DNA from: an uncultured Chroococcidiopsis sp.
GTDB lineage: Bacteria; Cyanobacteriota; Cyanobacteriia; Cyanobacteriales; Chroococcidiopsidaceae
DNA: 64,000 nucleotides
Direction of reading: 5' to 3'
NCBI GenBank assembly: GCA_964248365.1
Contig: CAXTYC010000001.1
Span: forward strand, 1 to 64,000
Positions within the stretch are counted from its first letter, which is position 1. The number at the start of each line of letters is the position of its first letter. Under the pieces are notes generated by a model. The model was not told the DNA's origin. It was given only the letters and a program-made list of their open reading frames with translations, and made no database searches. Below, one piece after another: positions 9,856-19,400 of the stretch. The position numbers were made by a program, and so were the translations under genes.

Positions 9856-11471
9856 CAAGAAGAAACCCTAGAAGCAACAGGTCGCCATTTGAAGCAGTAC
9901 TCTGTTTAACGGGGGTGTTTGCACTGTGGTGGGCTGTGGAAAACCAAACAATAGCATTACTTCTGATTCAGAAACCTCACCTGATTCTGCCCTACCTAAT
10001 TCAGGAACTAGGGTTTTTCTGGGTCATAACTGGAGCAGTGGGAATCTTAGCTTTGTTGTGGTTCTTACTTGTTATCTCTGTCCCCACTTCTAACATCCTA
10101 CGGGGAGCCAAGATAGTTCCGTCCAGCAAACTCAAGACAATTTTAAAGCAGCAGCCTCAGCCCCGAAACCAGCCCCAGATGGAACTGGCTGGAATGCCTA
10201 TTCCATCTACATATGAAAATCGAGGAATTTTTGCCCCTGGTTCCCCAGGCAGCGGCAAAACCCAGGCAATTAGCCAATTAGTAGCTACCTTAAAACAGCG
10301 AACTGATTTCCGCGCAATCATATTCGATCGCAATGGCGAGTTGTTGGAGAAGTTGTACGACCCAACCAAAGATATAATCTTTAATCCTCATGATGCTCGT
10401 AGTTGCTATTGGACGCATATTCACGAGAAAGCACAACCAGCCACGATCGCTGCTGGTCTAATTCCGATGGAATCAACGCGCGAGCCTTTTTTCTCTAATG
10501 CTGGTCGAGCTGTAATGACAGAATTGTTCCGTAAAACCAGAAGCAACGCTGAGCTACTAGAGTTACTTCAAGCCGGTGCAGAGCAGCTAAAAGCTTTTCT
10601 AGCAGGCACGCTAGCCTATCGGTATTTAGAGGAAGCCAAAGTAGCTACCTCCGTGCTTTCAACCGCAGCTAATTATTGTCAGTTTTACGAATCTTTAGTT
10701 GTACCTCAAGCAAAGGCACTCAGCTTCTACCAGTGGGGAGCCGGCAACAGCCCTAAATGGATTTTTGTGACTCTCAATGAAGACGATACAGAACTGTTTA
10801 AACCCTTATACAGTCTTGCTTTTGAATTAATGCTCAAAGGATTGCTTTCTAATGGGCAGCGCAGTCGTAAAACTGCGATCGTGATTGATGAGTTGGGTGC
10901 GCTCAACCAGTTACCAAGCCTGAACCGATTATTGAGTGAAAGCCGCAAGTTTCTGGGCTGCCCCATCCTGGGAACTCAGACAGAAGCTCAAATTACCAAG
11001 ATTTACGGGAAAGAAGATACTCGAATTCTACTCCAAGGGGCGAAAACAAAGTTAATTCTCAATTGCTCCGATCCCCAAACTGCTGAGACAATGGCACAGA
11101 TTATTGGCAAGCAAGAACGAGTAGATTTCACTAATAATCACAATCGCAGTCACAATTACTCAGGCAAAGGAGCAGGTCATGGGAGTAGCGAGGGAGAGAG
11201 CGAGCAAATTCGAGAAGTATATGCAGTTATGCCTTCCCAATTGCAGGATTTACCCGATCTCACAGGTTATTTAAAAATCTCAGGACTGCCAGCAGCCCAA
11301 GTCAGGTTAAAAGTTCAACACTTTCCAGTGCAAGCTGAACGCTTTATTCCTCGCTCTCAAGCATTAACACAGCCTACCCCAGACCAGGCACAATCTGTTC
11401 AGTCAGTAAGAAATACGCAGAGTATTCAGGAACAGTGGCAGCGATTGCGATCGCAAATTTCTGGGGATTAA
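9852..11471 (+). CDS. Type IV coupling protein (TrwB/TraD family)
   Basis: Two N-terminal TM helices, GSPGSGKT, IVIDELGAL, ESRKF..ILGTQ; ATGA overlap with the relaxase stop. Confidence 0.92.
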   Translation: MTRRNPRSNRSPFEAVLCLTGVFALWWAVENQTIALLLIQKPHLILPYLIQELGFFWVITGAVGILALLWFLLVISVPTSNILRGAKIVPSSKLKTILKQQPQPRNQPQMELAGMPIPSTYENRGIFAPGSPGSGKTQAISQLVATLKQRTDFRAIIFDRNGELLEKLYDPTKDIIFNPHDARSCYWTHIHEKAQPATIAAGLIPMESTREPFFSNAGRAVMTELFRKTRSNAELLELLQAGAEQLKAFLAGTLAYRYLEEAKVATSVLSTAANYCQFYESLVVPQAKALSFYQWGAGNSPKWIFVTLNEDDTELFKPLYSLAFELMLKGLLSNGQRSRKTAIVIDELGALNQLPSLNRLLSESRKFLGCPILGTQTEAQITKIYGKEDTRILLQGAKTKLILNCSDPQTAETMAQIIGKQERVDFTNNHNRSHNYSGKGAGHGSSEGESEQIREVYAVMPSQLQDLPDLTGYLKISGLPAAQVRLKVQHFPVQAERFIPRSQALTQPTPDQAQSVQSVRNTQSIQEQWQRLRSQISGD

Positions 11472-11490
11472 ACTAAGTTTGTTAACTTGA

Positions 11491-13153
11491 TTAAAGATAT
11501 CTCTTATAAAAATCAACAATTGCCTGAATATTCCCAGCAGATCCTTCTTCATATAAGATCTGAAGTATTTTAATCATTTCTGGCGAATAACCTGCTAGGC
11601 TGAATTCTCCATTACGGTAAGCGAGAGTCATGCTACGTAAACGCTCTACTTGTAATGGGTCTAGTCCCTTCTCCCTTAGCTGAGTTAGAATAGCCTCTAA
11701 CTCTTGTTTGTATTCCTCCTCTGGGATTGTTTCTTTTCCTTCTTTCGGATCTAGCCTAATATCAGCTAATTCCACGAGCAAAACAGACGAGTGATTGGAA
11801 GGAATAACTAGAAATTCTTTTTCTGGGTCGTACTCATCAACTAGAGCCAAAAGTTGATCTGGCATATCATCCCGACGTGGTAAGTATCGAGGTTTTTCAC
11901 CTTCAAACCAGACAACGCCTCGTCCTTGAAATTCATATATAGTCAGAGCCATGTATCCTGCTTCCCATATGAATTCTGCTTCATTTAATTGATTTAACGG
12001 TTTTTCTACTCCTAGCAGTGATTGGAATAAATTTTGTTCTTCAGCTGAAAGCTCTAGCAAAACACGCGGATCGCCTTTGTTTTCGCGATAGCAAACGGCA
12101 GTATTTAGAAGACGAAGGGGGGTTTGGAATTCAAATCGGTCATATGTCAGTTCTTGCCAAATATCTCTCCATCTTCCTGCCGCCGGAACGCTAATAAGGG
12201 GCGAGAATAATGTGCGAATACTACGTACCAGTTCCTGCCCTAGAAATGAGGTGAATTGATGTTTATCGTAAACTTCTATTAAAGTTTCGAGGCACGATCG
12301 CCATGTACCCGCTTCTTGCGTTCTACAAAGCAGGTTACGGATAATTCCTTCCGTGTCCCTGCTCTTAAGCTCATCTACATTGTCAAAGCGATTAAGTGCA
12401 TTATCTAAAGCTAAAATACCTTCGTCCCAATGGTTTAGCGCCAGCAGAGCTTTATCACGGTTCAAAAAAACAGTGGCAGCCTGATTCCCCAGTTCAATAG
12501 ACTTGTCGCAGGCTGATAGTGCCTCCTCATAGCTCTCTAATTCGCTTAATATGACGCTTCGACCAAACCAGGCTTTTGAGTTATCTGGGTGGGGCGAACT
12601 CAATGACTCGATCAAATGAAGTCAAAGCTTCGTTGTATTTTTCAAGGTTACTCAATGCCATACTTCGACCAAGCCAAGCTTCTACATCTTTTGGATTTAG
12701 CTCAATTACCCGATTGTAGGAGTTTAAAGCTTCATCGTATCGATTGAGATTTGCTAGTACCAAACCTCGACTGTGCAAAGCTATCTCATCGTTAGGATCA
12801 AGCATTAATGCTTTTTCAAAAGACTCTAATGCTTCTTCGTAATTTTTAAGATGACCTAAAGCCAGCCCTCGGTTTGTCCAAGCTGTCTGGATATACAGAT
12901 TTAGTTCAATTACTCTATTTAAAATTGTCAGTGCTTCACTAGGGTATCCAAGATTATTCAGAACTGTCCCTTTATTAAGTAAAATATGCGGATTGTTTGG
13001 GCTTAATTCAAGTGCCTTATCTAAAATTATTAAGGCATCATTATACATTGCTAAATCGCGCCCAAAGCCAGAAACTATCCGCTCCTGGTTTTTAGAACTG
13101 CAAGCTATGGGTAAAGGTGTTACGCGCGGTAGCGATCGCGCTTTGGAGTTCAA
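11491..13153 (-). pseudogene. Tetratricopeptide-repeat protein, frameshifted near 12590 and probably 5'-truncated
   Basis: Repeated AWxxRGxAL..YEEALxSFDKA units in both ORFs (12581-13153 and 11491-12615); the repeat register continues across the frameshift. Confidence 0.75.
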
Positions 13154-13160
13154 TGCTCAA

Positions 13161-13411
13161 GTTGTGGAATCTACGTCCACACAAAAGTCCACAAACGAAA
13201 CCATTACAGGACAAGGGTTTCAAGCTATTGTGGACTTTGTGGACTTTGTGGAATAAAACATTGATTTTTTTTATTTTGTCTGCCGATCCGTTTGGTAAAT
13301 TTTATCCCAAGTGAAACTAAGTCCACAAAGTCCACTTTGCCCATAAACTCCTAAAACGCGCTTGGTGTCAGCATTGTAGCAGTGGACTTTTTTGTGGACT
13401 TAGCTTCCACT
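13161..13411. repeat. Array of direct and inverted GTCCACAAA/TTTGTGGAC iterons (origin-like)
   Basis: GTCCAC x2 at 13175-13195; TTGTGGAC/TTGTGGAA x3 at 13228-13253; GTCCAC x2 at 13321-13335; GTGGAC x2 at 13382-13400. Confidence 0.7.
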
Positions 13412-13561
13412 GTCTCCCGTACTAATACCGAAATTTTTCGCAGGAAGTATAAAAACTTAATAAAAATTCTGTAGTAACACCCTTAGAAATCCGGTCACTG
13501 CCAAATTAGGCTCGAACCCAGCATACGTTTTGAGTCTATTTTAGTTTGGTTGGCGCAGTTC

Positions 13562-16429
13562 ATGTCCGAAATCTTCGCTTCTGTCGGGTCTATCGTCACT
13601 TGCCGCGATCGCCACTGGGTTGTTTTACCTTCCGAAAACCCAGACATCATTCGCTTGCGCCCATTAAGTGGAAGTGAAGACCAAATTTGCGGCATTTATC
13701 AATCGCTGGAAATAGACATAGAAGCGATCGCAAGAGCACAGTTTCCCCAACCACAACCAGAAGCAATCCAAGACCATGCTGCCATCCAACTGCTGATGGA
13801 TGCAGCCAGGTTGAGTTTACGCAGTGGTGCAGGACCGTTTCGCTGTCTGGGACGATTATCTGTTCGACCCCGCCCCTATCAACTCGTCCCCTTATTGATG
13901 GCACTGCGTCTAGATACAGTACGTTTACTAATTGCCGACGATGTAGGGATCGGGAAGACAATTGAAGCGGGATTAATTGCTCGCGAACTGCTCGATCGCG
14001 GTGAGGTCAAGCGCCTAGCAATTCTGTGTCCGCCCCAATTGTGCGACCAGTGGCAACGAGAATTGAGGGAAAAGTTTCAAATTGATGCGGTTGTCATTCG
14101 TTCTGGAACTGCGTCGAAACTAGAACGGGCAAAGCCGGAAGGCGCTGCTCACATCTTCGAGTATTACCGCCACATTATTGTCAGCCTCGACTACGCCAAA
14201 TCAGAGCGGCGGCGGGCAAGTTTCATCACCCACTGCCCCGATCTAGTCATTGTAGATGAAGCTCACACTTGCTCCCGTGCTAACTCTGAAGGCATTGCCG
14301 TACAACAGCGCCACCAGTTAGTACAGCAAATAGCAGCAAAACCAGACCGACACTTAGTTTTGCTCACAGCCACGCCTCACAGCGGAATTGAAGCTTCGTT
14401 CTTGTCGATCCTGGGCTTACTAAAACCAGAGTTTGAGCAACTTCACCTCGATACCCTCACCGAACAAGCGCGATGCCTGCGGCGGGCTTTGCCTACGCAA
14501 CTTGCCAATCATTTTGTGCAGCGCCGACGAGCAGACGTAAAACTGTGGCTGGGCAACGAAACGCCGTTTCCCGAACGAGAGGCATTAGAACTTCCCTATC
14601 GCCTTACTAAGGAATATCGCAGTTTATTTGAAGACGTATATAACCTGGCACGGGGGTTAGTCAAAACAGCAGATGACAGCCTCAGTTACGCTCAGAGGCG
14701 AGGACGGTACTGGTCAGCGCTAGCTTTGATTCGCTGCGTCATGTCTTCTCCGGCTGCCGCGATCGCCACCCTGACTCGACAGGCAAGTAAAGCAGGTAGC
14801 ACGAACGAGCTAGCTAGCGATTTAGATGAAGAGTTATTGGGTGCTTACGTATACGACCCTACCGAACAAGAGCAAGCTGTTGATGCCCCGCCAACCCTCG
14901 TGGTGGAACAAGGGCAGCAATCCTATGGCGATACAGAACGGCGTAAATTAAGAGCTTTCGTACAGGAAGCAGCAAAACTCCAAGGGGAGAAGGATAACAA
15001 ATTACAGGCAGCGATCGCAACTGTTGAATCTCTGCTCAAAGACGGGTTCAACCCCATCCTCTGGTGTCGCTACATTGCAACAGCTAACTATGTCGCCGCC
15101 GCACTGAAGCAGAAGTTGGAAAAGAAAGGCAGTAATATTCGCGTCCTGGCGATTACAGGAGAGCAATCGGAAGACGAACGGGAAAGCTATCTAGCCGATC
15201 TGCAATCTTCTCCACAACGGGTCATGGTGGCGACAGATTGCTTGAGCGAAGGGGTAAACCTGCAAGAGCATTTTAGTGGTGTGATTCATTACGATTTGCC
15301 TTGGAACCCGAATCGCTTAGAACAGAGAGAAGGGCGAGTTGACCGCTATGGGCAAACTGTCCCCGTTGTCAAGAGCTATTTGCTCTACGGTCAGGATAAT
15401 CCCGTTGATGGTGCAGTTTTAGACGTATTGATTCGCAAAGCAGTACGAATTCACAAGACTTTGGGCATTACCGTACCCGTACCGATGGATAGCGCCAGCG
15501 TCACAGAAGCAGTGTTTAAGTCTCTGTTCGATCGCGCCACCGACGCGCAGCAGTTATCTTTATTCGATTTATTGAACTCGGAAGAATCAAATCTGAACGA
15601 AGTGCATCAAAGCTGGGATCGGGCAGTAGAAAGGGAAAAACTCAGCCGCACTCGATTTGCTCAAAAGTCAATCAAACCGGAAGAAGTGCAGCAGGAGTTA
15701 TTGGAGTCCGATCGCATTTTAGGCAACGAAGAGGATGTAGAAAGGTTTGTCCTGTCGGCTGGCGATCGCCTGAATTGTTCCCTCATCAAGAAAAAGCAGG
15801 GCTGGTTGCTACCATCTCCACCTCAGTTTTTGAAAGCGGTGTTGGGAGATAAATCGCGCCTAATTTCTTTCACAACTCCCGCACCAGAAGGAGTAGAGTA
15901 CATCGGACGCAACCACCCATTAGTAGAAGGGTTAGCACGTCACTTACTGGAAGAGGCACTTAGCAACGTCTTAAATCCCACTGCTGCCCGTTGCGGCTTC
16001 ACTGTTACAGATGCAGTGGATAAGCGCACGACTATCTTATTATTGCGCCTGCGACACTTGCTAGAAAGTCCCAGCCATCAAAGCTTATTGGCAGAAGAGT
16101 GCCTTGTAGCAGGCTTTACCGGATCGCCCTCCAATCCCATTTGGTTGGAATCAGAAACATCAATCGCGCTGTTGCAAAAAACAGAACCAGTAGGCGACGT
16201 AGCGATCGCCATGAAGCGCCTAGAAGTAGCCGAATTGATCGCACGTATCGGGGAACTAGAAGACGAGTTACGGCAAATTGCCGAACGGCGATCGCATTCT
16301 CTATCTCAATCTCACCGCCGCGTTAGGGCAATGACTAAAGAAGGGCAGGTGCGAGTCAAGCCTCAACTGCCGATGGATATTTTAGGAATTTTAATTTTAC
16401 AGCCAGGGCAACGGAAGGTAAACAGATGA
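13562..16429 (+). CDS. SNF2-family helicase, DrmD-like
   Basis: LLIADDVGIGKTIEAG, VDEAH, LTATPH, SEGVNLQ, WNPNRLEQREGRVDRYGQ. Confidence 0.9.
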   Translation: MSEIFASVGSIVTCRDRHWVVLPSENPDIIRLRPLSGSEDQICGIYQSLEIDIEAIARAQFPQPQPEAIQDHAAIQLLMDAARLSLRSGAGPFRCLGRLSVRPRPYQLVPLLMALRLDTVRLLIADDVGIGKTIEAGLIARELLDRGEVKRLAILCPPQLCDQWQRELREKFQIDAVVIRSGTASKLERAKPEGAAHIFEYYRHIIVSLDYAKSERRRASFITHCPDLVIVDEAHTCSRANSEGIAVQQRHQLVQQIAAKPDRHLVLLTATPHSGIEASFLSILGLLKPEFEQLHLDTLTEQARCLRRALPTQLANHFVQRRRADVKLWLGNETPFPEREALELPYRLTKEYRSLFEDVYNLARGLVKTADDSLSYAQRRGRYWSALALIRCVMSSPAAAIATLTRQASKAGSTNELASDLDEELLGAYVYDPTEQEQAVDAPPTLVVEQGQQSYGDTERRKLRAFVQEAAKLQGEKDNKLQAAIATVESLLKDGFNPILWCRYIATANYVAAALKQKLEKKGSNIRVLAITGEQSEDERESYLADLQSSPQRVMVATDCLSEGVNLQEHFSGVIHYDLPWNPNRLEQREGRVDRYGQTVPVVKSYLLYGQDNPVDGAVLDVLIRKAVRIHKTLGITVPVPMDSASVTEAVFKSLFDRATDAQQLSLFDLLNSEESNLNEVHQSWDRAVEREKLSRTRFAQKSIKPEEVQQELLESDRILGNEEDVERFVLSAGDRLNCSLIKKKQGWLLPSPPQFLKAVLGDKSRLISFTTPAPEGVEYIGRNHPLVEGLARHLLEEALSNVLNPTAARCGFTVTDAVDKRTTILLLRLRHLLESPSHQSLLAEECLVAGFTGSPSNPIWLESETSIALLQKTEPVGDVAIAMKRLEVAELIARIGELEDELRQIAERRSHSLSQSHRRVRAMTKEGQVRVKPQLPMDILGILILQPGQRKVNR
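14475..14495 (+). repeat. 21-nt short dispersed repeat (SDR5-like) inserted in frame into a HIP1 site
   Basis: GCGAT[GCCTGCGGCGGGCTTTGCCTA]CGC; removing the 21 nt restores GCGATCGC and keeps the frame. Confidence 0.75.
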
Positions 16430-19400
16430 GTGTAGTTGCAAGCACGTTTGTAGGAATCCAAATCGAGGGCAACCTAATTGCCCCAGATATAACAGCAGAA
16501 ATGCTAGCTGGGACGATTAAAGGACAAGCACCGGAAGACTTTAACTTTACTAAAACTGACAAACTGGCTGATGAAATCGCGATCGCCTGGGGAGATGCCA
16601 AGGCATATTGGGCAGCATTTCAACGGGCATTGGCGAGACTACCTGAAAATGACTTAGCAACAACTGTCACCCGCGAACAGTGGGTCGTACCACTATTACG
16701 CAGTTTAGGTTATGACCCAGTTTATACAGCCAAAGCTGAAGTGATAGACGGACAAACTTTTGCCCTTTCCCACCGTACCGATCCTGGGGAAGATAAGCCG
16801 CCCATTCATGTTGTTGGCTGTCGCGTCAAGTTAGAACAGCGTCCGCCTAGCGGTACGCCGAGACTTTCTGCCCATGCCCTGATGCAAGAATACCTCAATC
16901 GCACCGAGCATCTGTGGGGGATTGTCACTAATGGGTTGCAGTGGCGGCTGTTGCGAGACTCTTCGTTAATGACTCGCCTCACCTACATCGAGTTTGACCT
17001 AGAACAAATTCTCAACAACGAGAACTTTGCAGAATTTGGTTTATTCTACCGCCTCTTCCACCGATCGCGACTACCACAGGGAGCAGACGATGCCGATGCG
17101 TGTTTGCTGGAATACTACCATCAAGAGGCGATTCAGCAGGGGGGACGGGTACGCGATCGCCTGCGCGATGGTGTAGAAAAAGCTTTGGTACTGCTGGGTA
17201 CTGGGTTTCTGCAACATCCAAACAACGGAAAGTTACGGCAATCCTTTGAGTCGGGAGAACTGGCTGACACCGTATACTATCGCCAGTTGTTACTGCTGAT
17301 TTACCGCTTGCTGTTCTTGATGGTGGCAGAAGCGCGAAATTTATTACTGACGGACGAAGATCCAGAGAAAGCCCGCATTTATTTGGAATACTACAGCGTC
17401 ACGCGCTTGCGAAATTTGGCAGAACGCCCCAGCTATCGGCGTGAAGGTTTCCAAGATTTATGGCAAGGGCTACGGGTAACGTTTCGGTTGTTTGATGAAA
17501 ACTGGCGCGGGAGAGAGTTAAAGCTTTCTCCTCTCAATGGTGACTTATTTGGATCGAAGACACTCAAGCATTTAGATGAGTATGCGATCGACAATCACGA
17601 ACTGTTGTTGGCAATTCGGCAGCTATCCTTATACGAACAAAAGGGACAATCACGGCGGGTGAATTATGCGGCGCTGGATGTGGAGGAACTGGGCAGCGTC
17701 TATGAAAGTTTGCTCGATTTTCATCCGCAGATTCAGCTACGGCAGGGAATTTATGAGTTTCAGTTAGTAACGGGAAGCGATCGCAAAACCACTGGTTCTT
17801 ACTACACGCCACCAGAACTAGTAGGGCAGTTGATTAAGAGTGCTTTGGAACCCGTCATTGAGGAGAAGTTGAAAGAGGCGAAAACTGTCTCAGAAAAAGA
17901 AGCGGCATTACTCAGCCTTAAGGTGTGCGATCCGGCTTGCGGTTCGGGACATTTCCTGTTGGCAGCAGCGCGGCGGATTGGCAAGGAGTTGGCGATCGCC
18001 AGAACGGGGGAAGCACAACCAGGGGTAGAACCGTTACGCAAAGCCATACGGGATGTGGTGCAAAACTGCATTTATGGAGTTGACTTGAACCCGTTAGCGG
18101 TCGATCTGTGCAAAGTCGCTTTATGGATTGAGGGCTTTAATCGTGGCTTTCCGCTGAATTTTCTCGATCACCGGATTAAGTGCGGTAATTCCTTGGTGGG
18201 GGTGCTGGATTTAGCTTGTTTAGATGAGGGTATCCCTGATGAGGCGTTTAAACCCGTAACTGGCGATGATAAACAATTAGCTAGCCGTTGGAAGAAAGAA
18301 AATAAAAAACAACGCGAGACAGATTTAGAAGGACAATTATCTTTAGATTTTGAGGGCAATTTAGAACAGGATAGATCGCATTATGCCCAAACTGCTAAAG
18401 AAGTGGGGGCGATCGCAGAAATTACAACTGGTGATGTCAGGCAAAAGCAAACCCAGTATCAACAAAGTCGTCAAGATAAAAGTTGGTGGCGAGACTATTC
18501 TGCTTGTAACCTGTGGACGGCTGCATTTTTCATGCCACTGACAGAACAAAATCTGCAATTATTGCCGACAACAGCAGCGTTAACACGATTATTACAGGAA
18601 TCAAAAATCGAGATTCAGGAGTCACACCAATCACTACTCCCCACTCCCCACTCACTACTCCCTCTCATCGAAGCAGCAAATAAGCTAGCGCAGGAGAAAC
18701 ACTTTTTCCATTGGTGTTTAGAGTTTCCTGAAGTATTTGAAGCTGATGGATTTGATTGCGTGTTAGGAAATCCGCCTTGGGAACGAATTAAGTTACAGGA
18801 AAAGGAGTTTTTCGCTTCTCGCAGTGCCGAGATTGCTAATGCTGCAAATAAGGCAGCGCGGGAGAAGTTGATTAAAGAATTGCCAAAAACTAATTCAATG
18901 TTAGCGCAAGCATTTGAAGAGGCGAAACATGATGCTGAAGCGCAAAGTAAATTTATCCGCGAATCAGTCAGATTTCCCCTAACTGCTGTGGGAGATATCA
19001 ATACTTATGCTGTATTTGCTGAAACTATGAGAAAGCTAATTTCTCCTAATGGCAGGCTTGGCGTTATTGTGCCTACGGGTATTGCTACTGATGATACTTG
19101 CAAAAAGTTTTTTGGAGATTTGATTCAAAATCAGGCTTTGGTAAGTTTGTATGATTTTGAGAATAGAGAAGCATTATTTACTGCTGTACATCGTAGTTAT
19201 AAATTTTCTCTACTTGCTATTAGTGGTAAAGCGATCGCTCAGGGAAATTTTGCCTTCTTCCTTACTCAGCAAAGGCAATTAGATAATCCAGCACGTCTAT
19301 TTAAGCTTTCTCCTCAAGATATTGCTTCACTAAATCCCAATACCCTCACTTGTCCAGTTTTTAGAACTCGCACTGATGCAGAAATCACCAAAAAAATCTA

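Noticed and set aside
12993..13314. Small plus-strand ORFs containing VDFVDFVE / LWTLWTLW
   Set aside because: These are translations of the GTGGACTTT iteron array and of the antisense TPR strand, although such repeats can also lie in the tail of a lost primase gene
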